From an uncultured Anaerolineales bacterium (GTDB taxonomy: Bacteria > Chloroflexota > Anaerolineae > Anaerolineales > UBA11858): a DNA stretch of 64,000 nucleotides. Location of the stretch: positions 78,663 through 142,662 of the forward strand of contig CAYZTL010000008.1 of the NCBI GenBank assembly GCA_964481465.1, written 5' to 3'. Below the pieces are notes generated by a model. The model saw only the letters and a program-made list of their open reading frames with translations, ran no database searches and was not told where the DNA came from. Position numbers and translations under genes: made by a program. Shown in pieces: positions 55,488 to 64,000 of this stretch (positions within the stretch are counted from its first letter, which is position 1; each line of letters opens with the position of its first letter).

Positions 55488-56855
55488 ATGATGGGTGATC
55501 TACGGTCCCTTCCGTCCGTCGACGAACTGCTCGGGACTTATAAGGGGGAGGAGCTGGTGGAACACTATGGTCACAAGTTAACGGTGAAAGCGTTGCGCAC
55601 AGCTCTGGAAATCGCCCGGGATGGTTTTAGAAGTAAAGGGGTGGAGATTCCATCCCCGGACGAATTTTTAATTCATGCTCAAGGCCATTTAGAGTCCTGG
55701 ACGAATTCCACCCTTTATCCTGTGATCAACGCCACCGGTGTGATCATCCATACTAATTTGGGTCGAGCGCCGCTGAGCGAGTTCGCCCTGGATGCCATCG
55801 CCAAGGTGGGGGGAGGGTATTCGACCTTGGAGTTTGATATGGATCAGGGTGAGCGCGGATCTCGTCTGGAGCATGCGACGGCCCTGTTCGAAAAACTCCT
55901 GGGAGTGGAAGAAGCGCTGGTTGTCAACAATAATGCTGCTGCAGTTTTATTGGTGCTGCAGACCTTTGCAAAAGACCGCGAAGTGGTGATTGCGCGCTCC
56001 CAATTGATCGAGATTGGTGGGGGGTTCCGTATTCCGGAGGTACTCGAGCAGTCAGGGGCCACCCTGGTTGAGGTGGGGACGACGAACCGGGTCCACATCT
56101 CTGATTACACACAGGCTTTTAATGAAAATACCGCGGCAGTTATGAGGGCGCACCATTCCAATTTTTCGATTGTGGGTTTCACAAAAGAACCAGAATTATC
56201 TGAGATTGTGGACGCAGCCCACGCATCCAGCCTGATGGTGATCGATGACTTGGGGTCGGGAGCGCTGCTTGACACCGCTCCATATGGTTTGAAACACGAA
56301 CCCATGGTCCAGGAATCACTTCAGGCCGGTGTGGACTTGGTGTGCTTCTCCGGGGATAAATTGTTGGGTGGACCCCAGGCCGGGATCATTTTGGGACGCA
56401 AGGACCTGGTCGATCCCTTGAAGAAGGAACCTCTTGCCCGCGCCATCCGGGCAGATAAGACAGCTTTGGCTGGCTTGTCTGCCACGTTGATTCATTATTT
56501 GAAAGGAGAAGCGGAAGAGAAGATCCCTGTCTGGCAGATGATCACAGCCCCTCCTGAGGGATTGCGCGAACGGGCTAAAGCGTGGAGGGATGGTATCGGC
56601 AGGGGGGATATCATTGAGACGCTTTCGAAAGTAGGAGGGGGGAGTTTGCCCGGCGAAACCCTGCCCACCTACGCCCTTGCCTTAGACGTCGCTCACCCTC
56701 AACGTTTTCTGAAAGCACTTCGAGATGCAAGCTACCCGGTGATCGCTCGTGTGGGGGATGGCCAGATCATCTTCGATCCCCGGACTGTGCTTCCCCGCCA
56801 GGATGCAGATTTAATACAAACGCTAACAAGCATGGGAGAAAGTGATGAAAGATGA
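55488..56855 (+). CDS. selA: L-seryl-tRNA(Sec) selenium transferase
   Basis: 'LRSLPSVDELL' N-terminal motif, 'VINATGVIIHTNLGRAPL', and 'FSGDKLLGGPQAGII' (PLP lysine). Confidence 0.88.
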   Translation: MMGDLRSLPSVDELLGTYKGEELVEHYGHKLTVKALRTALEIARDGFRSKGVEIPSPDEFLIHAQGHLESWTNSTLYPVINATGVIIHTNLGRAPLSEFALDAIAKVGGGYSTLEFDMDQGERGSRLEHATALFEKLLGVEEALVVNNNAAAVLLVLQTFAKDREVVIARSQLIEIGGGFRIPEVLEQSGATLVEVGTTNRVHISDYTQAFNENTAAVMRAHHSNFSIVGFTKEPELSEIVDAAHASSLMVIDDLGSGALLDTAPYGLKHEPMVQESLQAGVDLVCFSGDKLLGGPQAGIILGRKDLVDPLKKEPLARAIRADKTALAGLSATLIHYLKGEAEEKIPVWQMITAPPEGLRERAKAWRDGIGRGDIIETLSKVGGGSLPGETLPTYALALDVAHPQRFLKALRDASYPVIARVGDGQIIFDPRTVLPRQDADLIQTLTSMGESDER

Positions 56856-58092
56856 TCTTGACCGACTGATGGATGAAAAGGATATCGATGCGATATGGGT
56901 TTCCGGACCCGCTCAACATAATGCAGCCATGGTGTACCTTACCGGCGTCAGTCATTTAACCCACGCTGAATTGATCAAGAAAAAGGGGGAGGTTCCCATT
57001 CTCTTTCACTCCTCGATGGAGAGGGAAGAGGCTGCCCGTACCGGTTTGGAGACGGTAAACTTCGCGAAATATGAATTCAGAAAATTGCTCGAAGAAGCAG
57101 AGGGGGATTACCTCTTGGCCCGGGCCAGGATGTATCGGGAAATGTTAGAGGAGGTGGATCTTCTCCAAGGGAAGATCGCTTTGTACGGCAAGGTCAATGT
57201 CGGCAGCGCTTGGGGCGTATTTTCTCTTTTGAAGGATATGCTTCCGGAACTCGACCTCGTTGGCGAAGGTCCCAATTCTATCCTTTTGGAAGCCCGGGCC
57301 ACGAAAGACCCGCAGGAAGTGGAGCATATGCGGGATATGGGTCGGATCACAACGGAGGTGGTGAGAAGAGTCGCAGATTATCTCACTTCCTCCCCTGTCA
57401 ATCAAGACGGGGAACTGCTTCAGGAAGATGGGGAACCCCTCCGCGTGAAGGATGTTAAGTCGAAGATTAATCTCTGGCTGGCAGAACTTGGCGCGGAAAA
57501 TCCGGAAGGAGCCATCTTTGCTATCGGTCGGGATGCCGGGATCCCCCACAGTACAGGCACAGCCTCGGACACCCTCCGCTTGGGCCGGACGATCGTCTTT
57601 GATATCTTCCCCTGCCAAAAGGGCGGTGGTTATTTTTATGATTTTACCCGCACCTGGTGCTTGGGTTATGCTCCCGAAGAGGAACAAGCGCTGTATGAGG
57701 ATGTCCTCCAAGTCTATCAGACCATCCTCTCGGAATTGACGATGGATGCTTATGCCCCGGATTTACAGGACAGGACATGCGCGCTGCTGGAGGAGTTAGG
57801 TCATAAAACCATCCGGCAAGACAGCCAGCTTGAAGAAGGTTATGTCCACAGCCTGGGACATGGTTTGGGATTAGACATCCACGAAAGGCCACGATACGGT
57901 AAGGGGGCGACGGAAGCAGATCGTTTAGCGCCCGGAACGGTTACCACCATTGAACCCGGTTTATATTATCCGGATCAAAACATGGGTTGCCGGCTGGAGG
58001 ATACCGTTTGGGTTCGTCCAGATGGAGGGATGGAGATTCTGGTTGAATATCCTTTGGACTTGGTCTTAGAGATGGACCATTGGACTCCTTAA
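56845..58092 (+). CDS. M24-family Xaa-Pro aminopeptidase
   Basis: Metal ligands in 'VFDIFPC...YFYDFTR', 'HSLGHGLGLDIHE', 'TIEPGLY' and 'CRLEDTV'. It overlaps the selA 3' end by 11 nt. Confidence 0.75.
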   Translation: MKDDLDRLMDEKDIDAIWVSGPAQHNAAMVYLTGVSHLTHAELIKKKGEVPILFHSSMEREEAARTGLETVNFAKYEFRKLLEEAEGDYLLARARMYREMLEEVDLLQGKIALYGKVNVGSAWGVFSLLKDMLPELDLVGEGPNSILLEARATKDPQEVEHMRDMGRITTEVVRRVADYLTSSPVNQDGELLQEDGEPLRVKDVKSKINLWLAELGAENPEGAIFAIGRDAGIPHSTGTASDTLRLGRTIVFDIFPCQKGGGYFYDFTRTWCLGYAPEEEQALYEDVLQVYQTILSELTMDAYAPDLQDRTCALLEELGHKTIRQDSQLEEGYVHSLGHGLGLDIHERPRYGKGATEADRLAPGTVTTIEPGLYYPDQNMGCRLEDTVWVRPDGGMEILVEYPLDLVLEMDHWTP

Positions 58093-58143
58093 ACAGGTCT
58101 GTTTTAAGCCAAAGCTGACGCGTAGTAGTCGTCGGGGGTGGGA

Positions 58144-59229
58144 ATGGTCAATAAAGAGGATGAAAAAACCCAACTTGATTTGAAAGGCTCTCAAGGATCC
58201 GGAGTTCCGTTATCCAGGATTTTGGGAATCGAAACGTCATGCGATGAAACCGCAGCCGCTGTGGTGGAGGACGGTCGGAAGATCCTTTCCAACGCGGTAG
58301 CTTCCCAGGTGGATTTGCACGCCCAATTTGGAGGTGTGTTCCCCGAAGTCGCATCGCGCGAACATATTAAGAAAATCTACCCGATTATTGATCAAGCCTT
58401 GAAGGATGCTCATTTAAAATTAACCGATCTGGATGGGATCGCTGTCACCCGCGGTCCAGGGCTTCCAGGAGCCCTGGTTGTTGGTATAAACATGGCGAAG
58501 GGCTTAGCACTCAGCAGCGGATTGCCATTGATGGGAATCAATCATCTGGAAGGACACCTCTATTCTGCTTGGCTCACCGAAGAAGAACCCTTCCCGGATG
58601 CTCCCAACTTTCCCCTCTTAGCCCTGATCGTTTCTGGGGGGCACTCCGAGCTCATCCTCATGAAAGAGCATCTAAAGTACCAACGTTTGGGAGGCACTTT
58701 GGATGATGCTGCGGGGGAAGCCTTTGATAAAATTGCCCGCCTCCTGGACCTGGGTTACCCGGGAGGACCCGCCATTCAAAAGGCAGCCCAGGAGGGTGAT
58801 CCTCAGGCGTTCGATTTTCCACGTGCATGGTTGGGAGATAGTTGGGATTTCTCCTTCAGCGGGTTGAAAACAGCCGTGCTACGCGTGGTGAGAAGCTTGG
58901 AGGAGGAAGGGAGTATCGTACCGGTGGATGATATTGCCGCCAGCTTCCAGGAATCGGTGGTGGATGTCCTGGTGACCAAGACATTGAACGCTACGGAGGA
59001 GTTTGATGTCAAGGAAATTCTGATCGTGGGTGGGGTTTCTGCAAACCAGTCTTTACGCCAATCCATCCTTTCCAAATCTGATTTACCGGTTCACATTCCA
59101 CCCCTGTTCTTATGTACAGATAACGCAGCGATGATCGCCGGAGCGGGGTGTTACCGGTATTGCGCGGGATGGAGGGATACCCTGGAAATGGATGCCGCTC
59201 CTACCTGGCCCCTTTCAGAGTTGTCATGA
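58144..59229 (+). CDS. tsaD: tRNA N6-adenosine threonylcarbamoyltransferase
   Basis: 'ILGIETSCDETAAAVV', 'GINHLEGH', 'VSGGHSE', and 'GGVSAN'-like 'VGGVSANQSL'. The first roughly 27 aa from the ATG at 58144 lie outside the conserved core, so a later start is possible. Confidence 0.9.
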   Translation: MVNKEDEKTQLDLKGSQGSGVPLSRILGIETSCDETAAAVVEDGRKILSNAVASQVDLHAQFGGVFPEVASREHIKKIYPIIDQALKDAHLKLTDLDGIAVTRGPGLPGALVVGINMAKGLALSSGLPLMGINHLEGHLYSAWLTEEEPFPDAPNFPLLALIVSGGHSELILMKEHLKYQRLGGTLDDAAGEAFDKIARLLDLGYPGGPAIQKAAQEGDPQAFDFPRAWLGDSWDFSFSGLKTAVLRVVRSLEEEGSIVPVDDIAASFQESVVDVLVTKTLNATEEFDVKEILIVGGVSANQSLRQSILSKSDLPVHIPPLFLCTDNAAMIAGAGCYRYCAGWRDTLEMDAAPTWPLSELS

Positions 59230-59327
59230 CTGACCTACCCCTTGAGTAGCTGATCTTTCTCTATTCAGGGAAGAACAACCTCGTATAATTCTTCCCCGTT
59301 GGAATTTCCCCGTGATTTTAAAATCCC

Positions 59328-60659
59328 TTATACTGAGCCGACTGCATCGTGATCGGGAAGGATCTTTTCGACATCCCGGATGATAGGGAATGCATACCCC
59401 GCAATGCCTACGATCACCCCCAATGTGCCGGCAATCAGGAACATCACTGCCATGCCTGCCCCCGGGCCGGTCCCCACCACGCCTTTGAAAATCGAGGTTA
59501 ATATCCCACCTTCCGCCATGGCTGGTTCAAAGAAGAAGTCAGCCAGGGGACCTGCTAAAAGCATGGCAACCGGTGCTGTGATGGTCGCGATCAGCCGGCG
59601 GACGGAGAAAACACGCCCCTGCAGATCAGGTGGGATCTTTGCTTGCCAGATGGCTTGGTTAGATCCGTTGAGGATGGGGATGATGAATCCTCCAAAGAAA
59701 GAAGCCGCCGCCCATACGGTGAGGTTTCTGCCCAATCCCATTAATAACGTGTGAAAGAGGCTGACGCTGATCATACCCATTAAAACCCCGTGTATCCTCC
59801 GTTTAGGCCCGCCCCACATACTTAACAGCAATCCTCCGGTCACCCCTCCGATTGCCCCTGCGGATTGGACGGAGCCGAGAACTACGGTGTCATTTTGAGT
59901 CCGGGCCAGGATCATAGCAGCCATCACCGTGAAACCAAACATGGCGGAGAGGTTGAGGAAGAAAAAGACCATCTGCAGCCAAAAGAGGCTGGGGCGTTCC
60001 CAGATGTACTTGAAGCCGTATCCCGCCTCTGTCCAGAGGCTGCCTTTCCCCAACTGGCCCTCCCGGCTTGTTTCGGGTTGAGGGACATAGATCATCAGTA
60101 AGGTGCCGATGGCAAACAGGAAAGTGACGATGTCAATGATGAAGATCAGGGTCAATCCTGAAAAACCGATCACGGCCCCTGCCAGGAGGGGGGCCAGGAC
60201 CCTCGAACTAGCCCGGGCTGTCTCCAACATCCCGTTAGCCCGGGCATATTGCTCTTTAGGCAGCATCATGGAGATCGCTGCGGAATAGGCGGGCCATTGG
60301 AAGGCTTGAAAGACCCCCACAAAGGCGCCCAGAACGTAGAGGTGCCAGATTTGAAGGTGATCAGTCAAATATAAGAGCAGTAAGGCAATCGTACCTATGC
60401 CTGCTGCCAAATCGCTCAACATCATGACCAATTTGCGGTTCAATCGATCGACCAAAGCGCCGGCGAAGGGGCTGATAAGGACGACCGGAGCGAACCCGAA
60501 GAAACCCGTCAAGGCCAGCGTGGTCGCCTGTCCGGTTTCCTGCCAGGCCCAAATCGTAATCCCAAATTGGGTCATGCCGCTGCCGACCAGCGAGATCGCC
60601 TGGCCGATAGAGACCACGGTGAAGGCAAGCATCCCTTTGATACGCCCTTGTTTACTCAT
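59328..60659 (-). CDS. MFS transporter
   Basis: 12-TM style sequence with 'GALVDRLNRKLVMM' (MFS motif A-like). Confidence 0.8.
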   Translation of the reverse strand: MSKQGRIKGMLAFTVVSIGQAISLVGSGMTQFGITIWAWQETGQATTLALTGFFGFAPVVLISPFAGALVDRLNRKLVMMLSDLAAGIGTIALLLLYLTDHLQIWHLYVLGAFVGVFQAFQWPAYSAAISMMLPKEQYARANGMLETARASSRVLAPLLAGAVIGFSGLTLIFIIDIVTFLFAIGTLLMIYVPQPETSREGQLGKGSLWTEAGYGFKYIWERPSLFWLQMVFFFLNLSAMFGFTVMAAMILARTQNDTVVLGSVQSAGAIGGVTGGLLLSMWGGPKRRIHGVLMGMISVSLFHTLLMGLGRNLTVWAAASFFGGFIIPILNGSNQAIWQAKIPPDLQGRVFSVRRLIATITAPVAMLLAGPLADFFFEPAMAEGGILTSIFKGVVGTGPGAGMAVMFLIAGTLGVIVGIAGYAFPIIRDVEKILPDHDAVGSV

Positions 60660-60878
60660 AGGATTATTTCCCTGTTGATCAGTGATGAAACTCCAAGTGG
60701 ACTGCCCATTTACGGTAGCGATTGATGTATTTTACTCTGCAGATCATATTTCCTCAACCAGGTTTGAACCGTCTTGGAAGGGAAAAGGTTTGCTCCTGGA
60801 AAATTTTAAAAAAACCATGTTATCCTTATCAATGGTTGCGATAAATGAAATAAATCATTTTATCCTGGGAGGTAGACG

Positions 60879-61463
60879 ATGAGCGATGAGCGTTGGCTGG
60901 AAAAATTGGTCAAAAAGAATCGAAGTTACCGCCGGTTTGAACAGGATGTGGAGGTTCCGCCTGAGACACTGCGTGAGCTTGTGAATTTGGCACGGTTGTC
61001 CGCTTCCTTGGCCAATTTCCAACCGTTGAAGTACCGCCTGGTTACATCTCAATCTGAAAGGGAAGATGTCTTTCCTTGTTTAGGCTGGGCGGGATATTTG
61101 GAAGATTGGGAGGGGCCGGAGGAGGGGGAAAGGCCGAGTGCATATATCGTCTTCCTGGGGGATACGGAGCTGGCCAGTTCATTTCAATATGACGCGGGGA
61201 TCGCCGCCCAGAGCATGCTGTTGGGGGCTGCCTCCCGGGGTTTGGGAGGATGTATCATCGCTTCTGTGAAGCGAGAGACTTTGCGCGAGTCCCTGCGCAT
61301 CCCCGATCGGTATAAAATCATCTTCGTTTTGGCGCTGGGTAAACCCTCGGAAGATGTGGTCATCGAGCCCCTTCCCTCCGATGGGGATATCAAATACTGG
61401 CGCGATGAGAAGGATGTGCATCATGTCCCCAAACGAGCATTGGATGACATCATCATCCCTTGA
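60879..61463 (+). CDS. Nitroreductase family protein
   Basis: 'RSYRRFEQDVEVPPETLRELVNLARLSASLANFQPLKY'. Confidence 0.8.
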   Translation: MSDERWLEKLVKKNRSYRRFEQDVEVPPETLRELVNLARLSASLANFQPLKYRLVTSQSEREDVFPCLGWAGYLEDWEGPEEGERPSAYIVFLGDTELASSFQYDAGIAAQSMLLGAASRGLGGCIIASVKRETLRESLRIPDRYKIIFVLALGKPSEDVVIEPLPSDGDIKYWRDEKDVHHVPKRALDDIIIP

Positions 61464-61538
61464 CCTCGATAAACACGCCCCGCTGGGGATGGGGAATCGT
61501 CTCTGAGATTTATGAAGGGTGTTTTTTGTGGCGGGATG

Positions 61539-62162
61539 TCAGCCGCTTTCCCAAACTGCGCGCAGGACATCCGGAGAGATTGGGCCGGGTCGGAGGATAC
61601 GCAAGGTATCCTTTGTGCAGTCAACGACTGTGGATGCGCGTTCCCCGGGCGTTTCTCCCCCATCGATGATTAGCTCAATTTGATTGGCGAACTGTTCTAT
61701 GACCTCTTCCGCAGTCTGCGCGCTTGACTTACCGGACAGGTTCGCTGAGGTGGCCGCCAGCGGCCCGGTTTCGCGAAGCAGTTCCCGGGTGAACGTGCTT
61801 CCCGGAATCCGGATCCCTACCGTGGGTTCCGGTGAAAGGGCAGGGGGCAGGGTGGTTTTGCTGGGCAGGATCAAGGTAAGCGGGCCAGGCCAGAATTGAT
61901 CCATCAACAACTCAGCTTGGGGGGGAAGATCAGAGATCAGCTCTTCGAGGTCGGAGGTGTCAGCGATCAAGACAGGGATCGCTTTGTGTTCTGACCTCAT
62001 TTTCACTTCATAAAGCTTCTCTATGGCCTGGTTGTCAAATGCTGAAACGCCGATCCCGTAGACCGTGTCCGTGGGGAAGGCGACGATCCCACCTCTTCGA
62101 ATGGCGTCCTGAACGCAGGAAATGGATTCCGGGTCTTGGGTTTTCATGACCTTCGTTTTCAT
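61539..62162 (-). CDS. tsaC: L-threonylcarbamoyladenylate synthase (YrdC/TsaC type)
   Basis: 'GGIVAFPTDTVYGIGVSA', 'KMRSEHKAIPVLI', 'ATSANLSGK'. Confidence 0.88.
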   Translation of the reverse strand: MKTKVMKTQDPESISCVQDAIRRGGIVAFPTDTVYGIGVSAFDNQAIEKLYEVKMRSEHKAIPVLIADTSDLEELISDLPPQAELLMDQFWPGPLTLILPSKTTLPPALSPEPTVGIRIPGSTFTRELLRETGPLAATSANLSGKSSAQTAEEVIEQFANQIELIIDGGETPGERASTVVDCTKDTLRILRPGPISPDVLRAVWESG

Positions 62163-62164
62163 GG

Positions 62165-63004
62165 TTAACCTGTTTGGATGAGCAACATCCTGTCCTGACC
62201 GGCAAGGTCTTTTCGAAGGGAGACAGCAGCGTGGGGAAAGGCATGTTCTGCCAATTGCTTTGCTTTGGGTCCCTGTGATTCATCGATTTCCAAAACGATC
62301 CCCCCGCCTTTTTTGAGGAAATGAGGTGCGGAAGACAATAATTCAGAGATGTACTTCAACCCGCTTGGACCGCCGTTTAACGCGTGATGCGGTTCATGCT
62401 TATCCACATCAAGCGCTTTCAGTTTTGATGTTGGGATGTAGGGCAGATTGGCTAAGATAAGGTCAAATTTTCCCCGCATGGCCTGTAAAAGCTGCCCTTG
62501 ATAGAAGGCAATTTGCCGACTGACCTGGTGTTTTGTCGCATTTATTTTAGCGATTTTGAGACTATCCATGGAGATATCATTAGCTATGAACTGGGAGTTG
62601 GACATGTGATGGGCGACGGAGATGGCGATGCACCCCGATCCTGTGCCGATGTCAGCGCAAGAACGCCGCGAAGGATGGGCCCGCAACCAATCAATGGCCA
62701 GATCTACCAGTAATTCCGTTTCCGGGCGGGGGATGAGCACATCGGGCGTGATCCTGAAACGCAATTGGTAAAATTCCCAATATCCGAGCACATACGGCAA
62801 GGGGACGCCTTTTTCCAGCTTCTGGAGGGCTTTTTGGAGGGTTTTTCTTTGGGAGGGAGTTAAGGTGAAATTTGGATGGGCCAGGATCCAGGAGCGGGGT
62901 CGATTCAGAATATAGCTGAGTAAAACTTGGCTGTCAAGAAAAGGGGTATCGCTGAAGCCGTCCAGTCGTTGTCGTATACGCTGCAAAGTGGTTTGGGATT
63001 TCAC
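62165..63004 (-). CDS. prmC: Release-factor glutamine N5-methyltransferase
   Basis: 'CADIGTGSGCIAI' (SAM motif I) and 'DLILANLPYIP' (motif IV, here NLPY rather than NPPY). The GTG at 63004 is preferred because it lies 7 nt after the prfA stop. The track start at 63103 would overlap prfA by 92 nt. Confidence 0.8.
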   Translation of the reverse strand: MKSQTTLQRIRQRLDGFSDTPFLDSQVLLSYILNRPRSWILAHPNFTLTPSQRKTLQKALQKLEKGVPLPYVLGYWEFYQLRFRITPDVLIPRPETELLVDLAIDWLRAHPSRRSCADIGTGSGCIAISVAHHMSNSQFIANDISMDSLKIAKINATKHQVSRQIAFYQGQLLQAMRGKFDLILANLPYIPTSKLKALDVDKHEPHHALNGGPSGLKYISELLSSAPHFLKKGGGIVLEIDESQGPKAKQLAEHAFPHAAVSLRKDLAGQDRMLLIQTG

Positions 63005-63011
63005 ATGTATT

Positions 63012-64000
63012 CTACTCCAACCCAGCTTCCGCAAGGCGTTTGGCTTCGTCCTCGGTGGATAATTCCTCGATGAATTCATCGATTTCCCCGTCCAGCACAG
63101 CATCCAGCTGGTGAGAGGAATAATTGATGCGGTGGTCGGTAACGCGATTTTGGGGGAAGTTATACGTACGGATCTTCTCAGAACGTTCCCCTGTGCCCAC
63201 TTGGGACCGCCGGACTTTTTCTTGTCGTTCCCGCCGTTTCCGCTCTTCGATTTCGTATAGGCGCGCTTTGAGGATGCTCATTGCCCGGGCCCGATTCTGG
63301 GCTTGAGACCGTTCGTCCTGGCACTGGACCACGATCCCTGTCGGTTTATGGGTTAGGCGAATGGCGGTGGCGTTTTTTTGAACGCTTTGTCCCCCCGGAC
63401 CTCCCGCTTTAAAGACGTCCATTTCGATCTCGTTAGGTGAGATGTCAATTTCAATGTCATCCACCTCCGCCAGCACCGCCACGGTGGCCGTGGAGGTGTG
63501 GATCCGTCCCTGGGATTCGGTTTCTGGGACCCGTTGAACCCTATGGACGCCGGATTCGTATTTCAGTTTGGAAAAGGCCCTTTTCCCTTTGATCATCGCC
63601 GAGATCTCTTTGATCCCTCCCACCCCTGTTTCGTTGAGCGAGAGGATCTCTACGTCCCAACCCTGGCGTTCTGCATAGCGGCTGTACATCCGGAACAAAT
63701 CTCCGGCAAATAGCCCGGCTTCATCGCCTCCCGCCCCAGCGCGGATTTCCAGGATCACGTTCCGCTTGTCCCGGGGATCTTTGGGTAAGAGCATCTTTTT
63801 AATGCGTTCTTCTAAACGTTGAATCCTATCTTCAAGTTCACTGACTTCCATTTCAGCCAGCTCGCGCATATCCTCATCTTCTGATTCCAAGAGGGTTCGG
63901 GCATCTTTGAGTTGGGCCAAGGCGTCTTTATATTCGTTGATGGCTTCCATAATGGGCTCAAGTTCTGATTTTTCCCTGCCCAATTCCGCCGCCAGCTGAT
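63012..64000 (-). CDS. prfA: Peptide chain release factor 1 (5' end beyond the window)
   Basis: 'AGAGGDEAGLFAGDLFRMY', 'PETESQGRIHTS', 'GPGGQSVQK' (GGQ). The frame stays open to position 64000, and the track 'M' at 63983 is a TTG codon. Confidence 0.93.
   Translation of the reverse strand, partial: QLAAELGREKSELEPIMEAINEYKDALAQLKDARTLLESEDEDMRELAEMEVSELEDRIQRLEERIKKMLLPKDPRDKRNVILEIRAGAGGDEAGLFAGDLFRMYSRYAERQGWDVEILSLNETGVGGIKEISAMIKGKRAFSKLKYESGVHRVQRVPETESQGRIHTSTATVAVLAEVDDIEIDISPNEIEMDVFKAGGPGGQSVQKNATAIRLTHKPTGIVVQCQDERSQAQNRARAMSILKARLYEIEERKRRERQEKVRRSQVGTGERSEKIRTYNFPQNRVTDHRINYSSHQLDAVLDGEIDEFIEELSTEDEAKRLAEAGLE

Noticed and set aside
59262-59300. Hairpin GGGAAGAA-13 nt-TTCTTCCC between the convergent tsaD and MFS genes, as a possible bidirectional terminator.
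   Set aside because: The stem is only 8 bp with a large loop, and there is no U-tract on either strand. That is too weak to call.
60682-60882. A 66-aa ORF in the divergent MFS / nitroreductase intergenic region.
   Set aside because: No RBS, no motif, and it overlaps the nitroreductase start region. It is likely promoter DNA.

Overview
This looks like a chromosomal window from a monoderm-type bacterium, possibly Chloroflexota or Anaerolineae-like. That placement is inferred only from gene content and protein style; no search was run. The window is densely coding, with about 60 protein genes and many 1-4 nt start/stop overlaps. By eye I found no rRNA, tRNA, CRISPR array, transposase, integrase or recognisable defence genes. 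The ORF track translates alternative start codons (TTG/GTG) as M, so I re-derived several starts from the DNA.

Main blocks:
1. 0.5-20.9 kb: a long co-directional glycan locus. It is headed by a fused ATP sulfurylase/APS kinase (PAPS synthesis). It also holds nonulosonic-acid (NeuB/NeuA-like) genes, two cytidylyltransferases, two candidate ulosonic-acid transferases, three GT2s, a GT-C membrane glycosyltransferase, two sulfotransferases, Wzz-like and Wzy/O-antigen-ligase-like proteins, and a membrane-anchored gluzincin peptidase.
2. 21.0-23.1 kb: ytxH-like gene, then add translationally coupled to a third sulfotransferase.
3. 23.3-27.9 kb: panB-panE-panC-coaX-coaBC operon.
4. 27.9-33.7 kb: lutA plus a fused lutB-lutC, an alpha-glucan phosphorylase, and a UPF0316 protein.
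5. 34.1-48.7 kb: a visibly more AT-rich sugar-acid (KDG-type) catabolic island. It has eda, an IclR/KdgR-like regulator, an RraA-like aldolase, an M24 hydrolase, an SDR, a PfkB kinase, two complete CUT2-type ABC transporters and a mutarotase-like protein.
6. 48.7-64 kb: housekeeping genes, namely an M29 aminopeptidase, sortase, AI-2E transporter, dnaA with a candidate origin region, selA, an M24 peptidase, tsaD, an MFS transporter, a nitroreductase, and tsaC-prmC-prfA.

The best candidate for something new is the PAPS-synthase plus three-sulfotransferase plus nonulosonic-acid glycan locus, a putative sulfated surface glycoconjugate system. All family assignments come from motif recognition in the translations and need HMM or structure searches to confirm.
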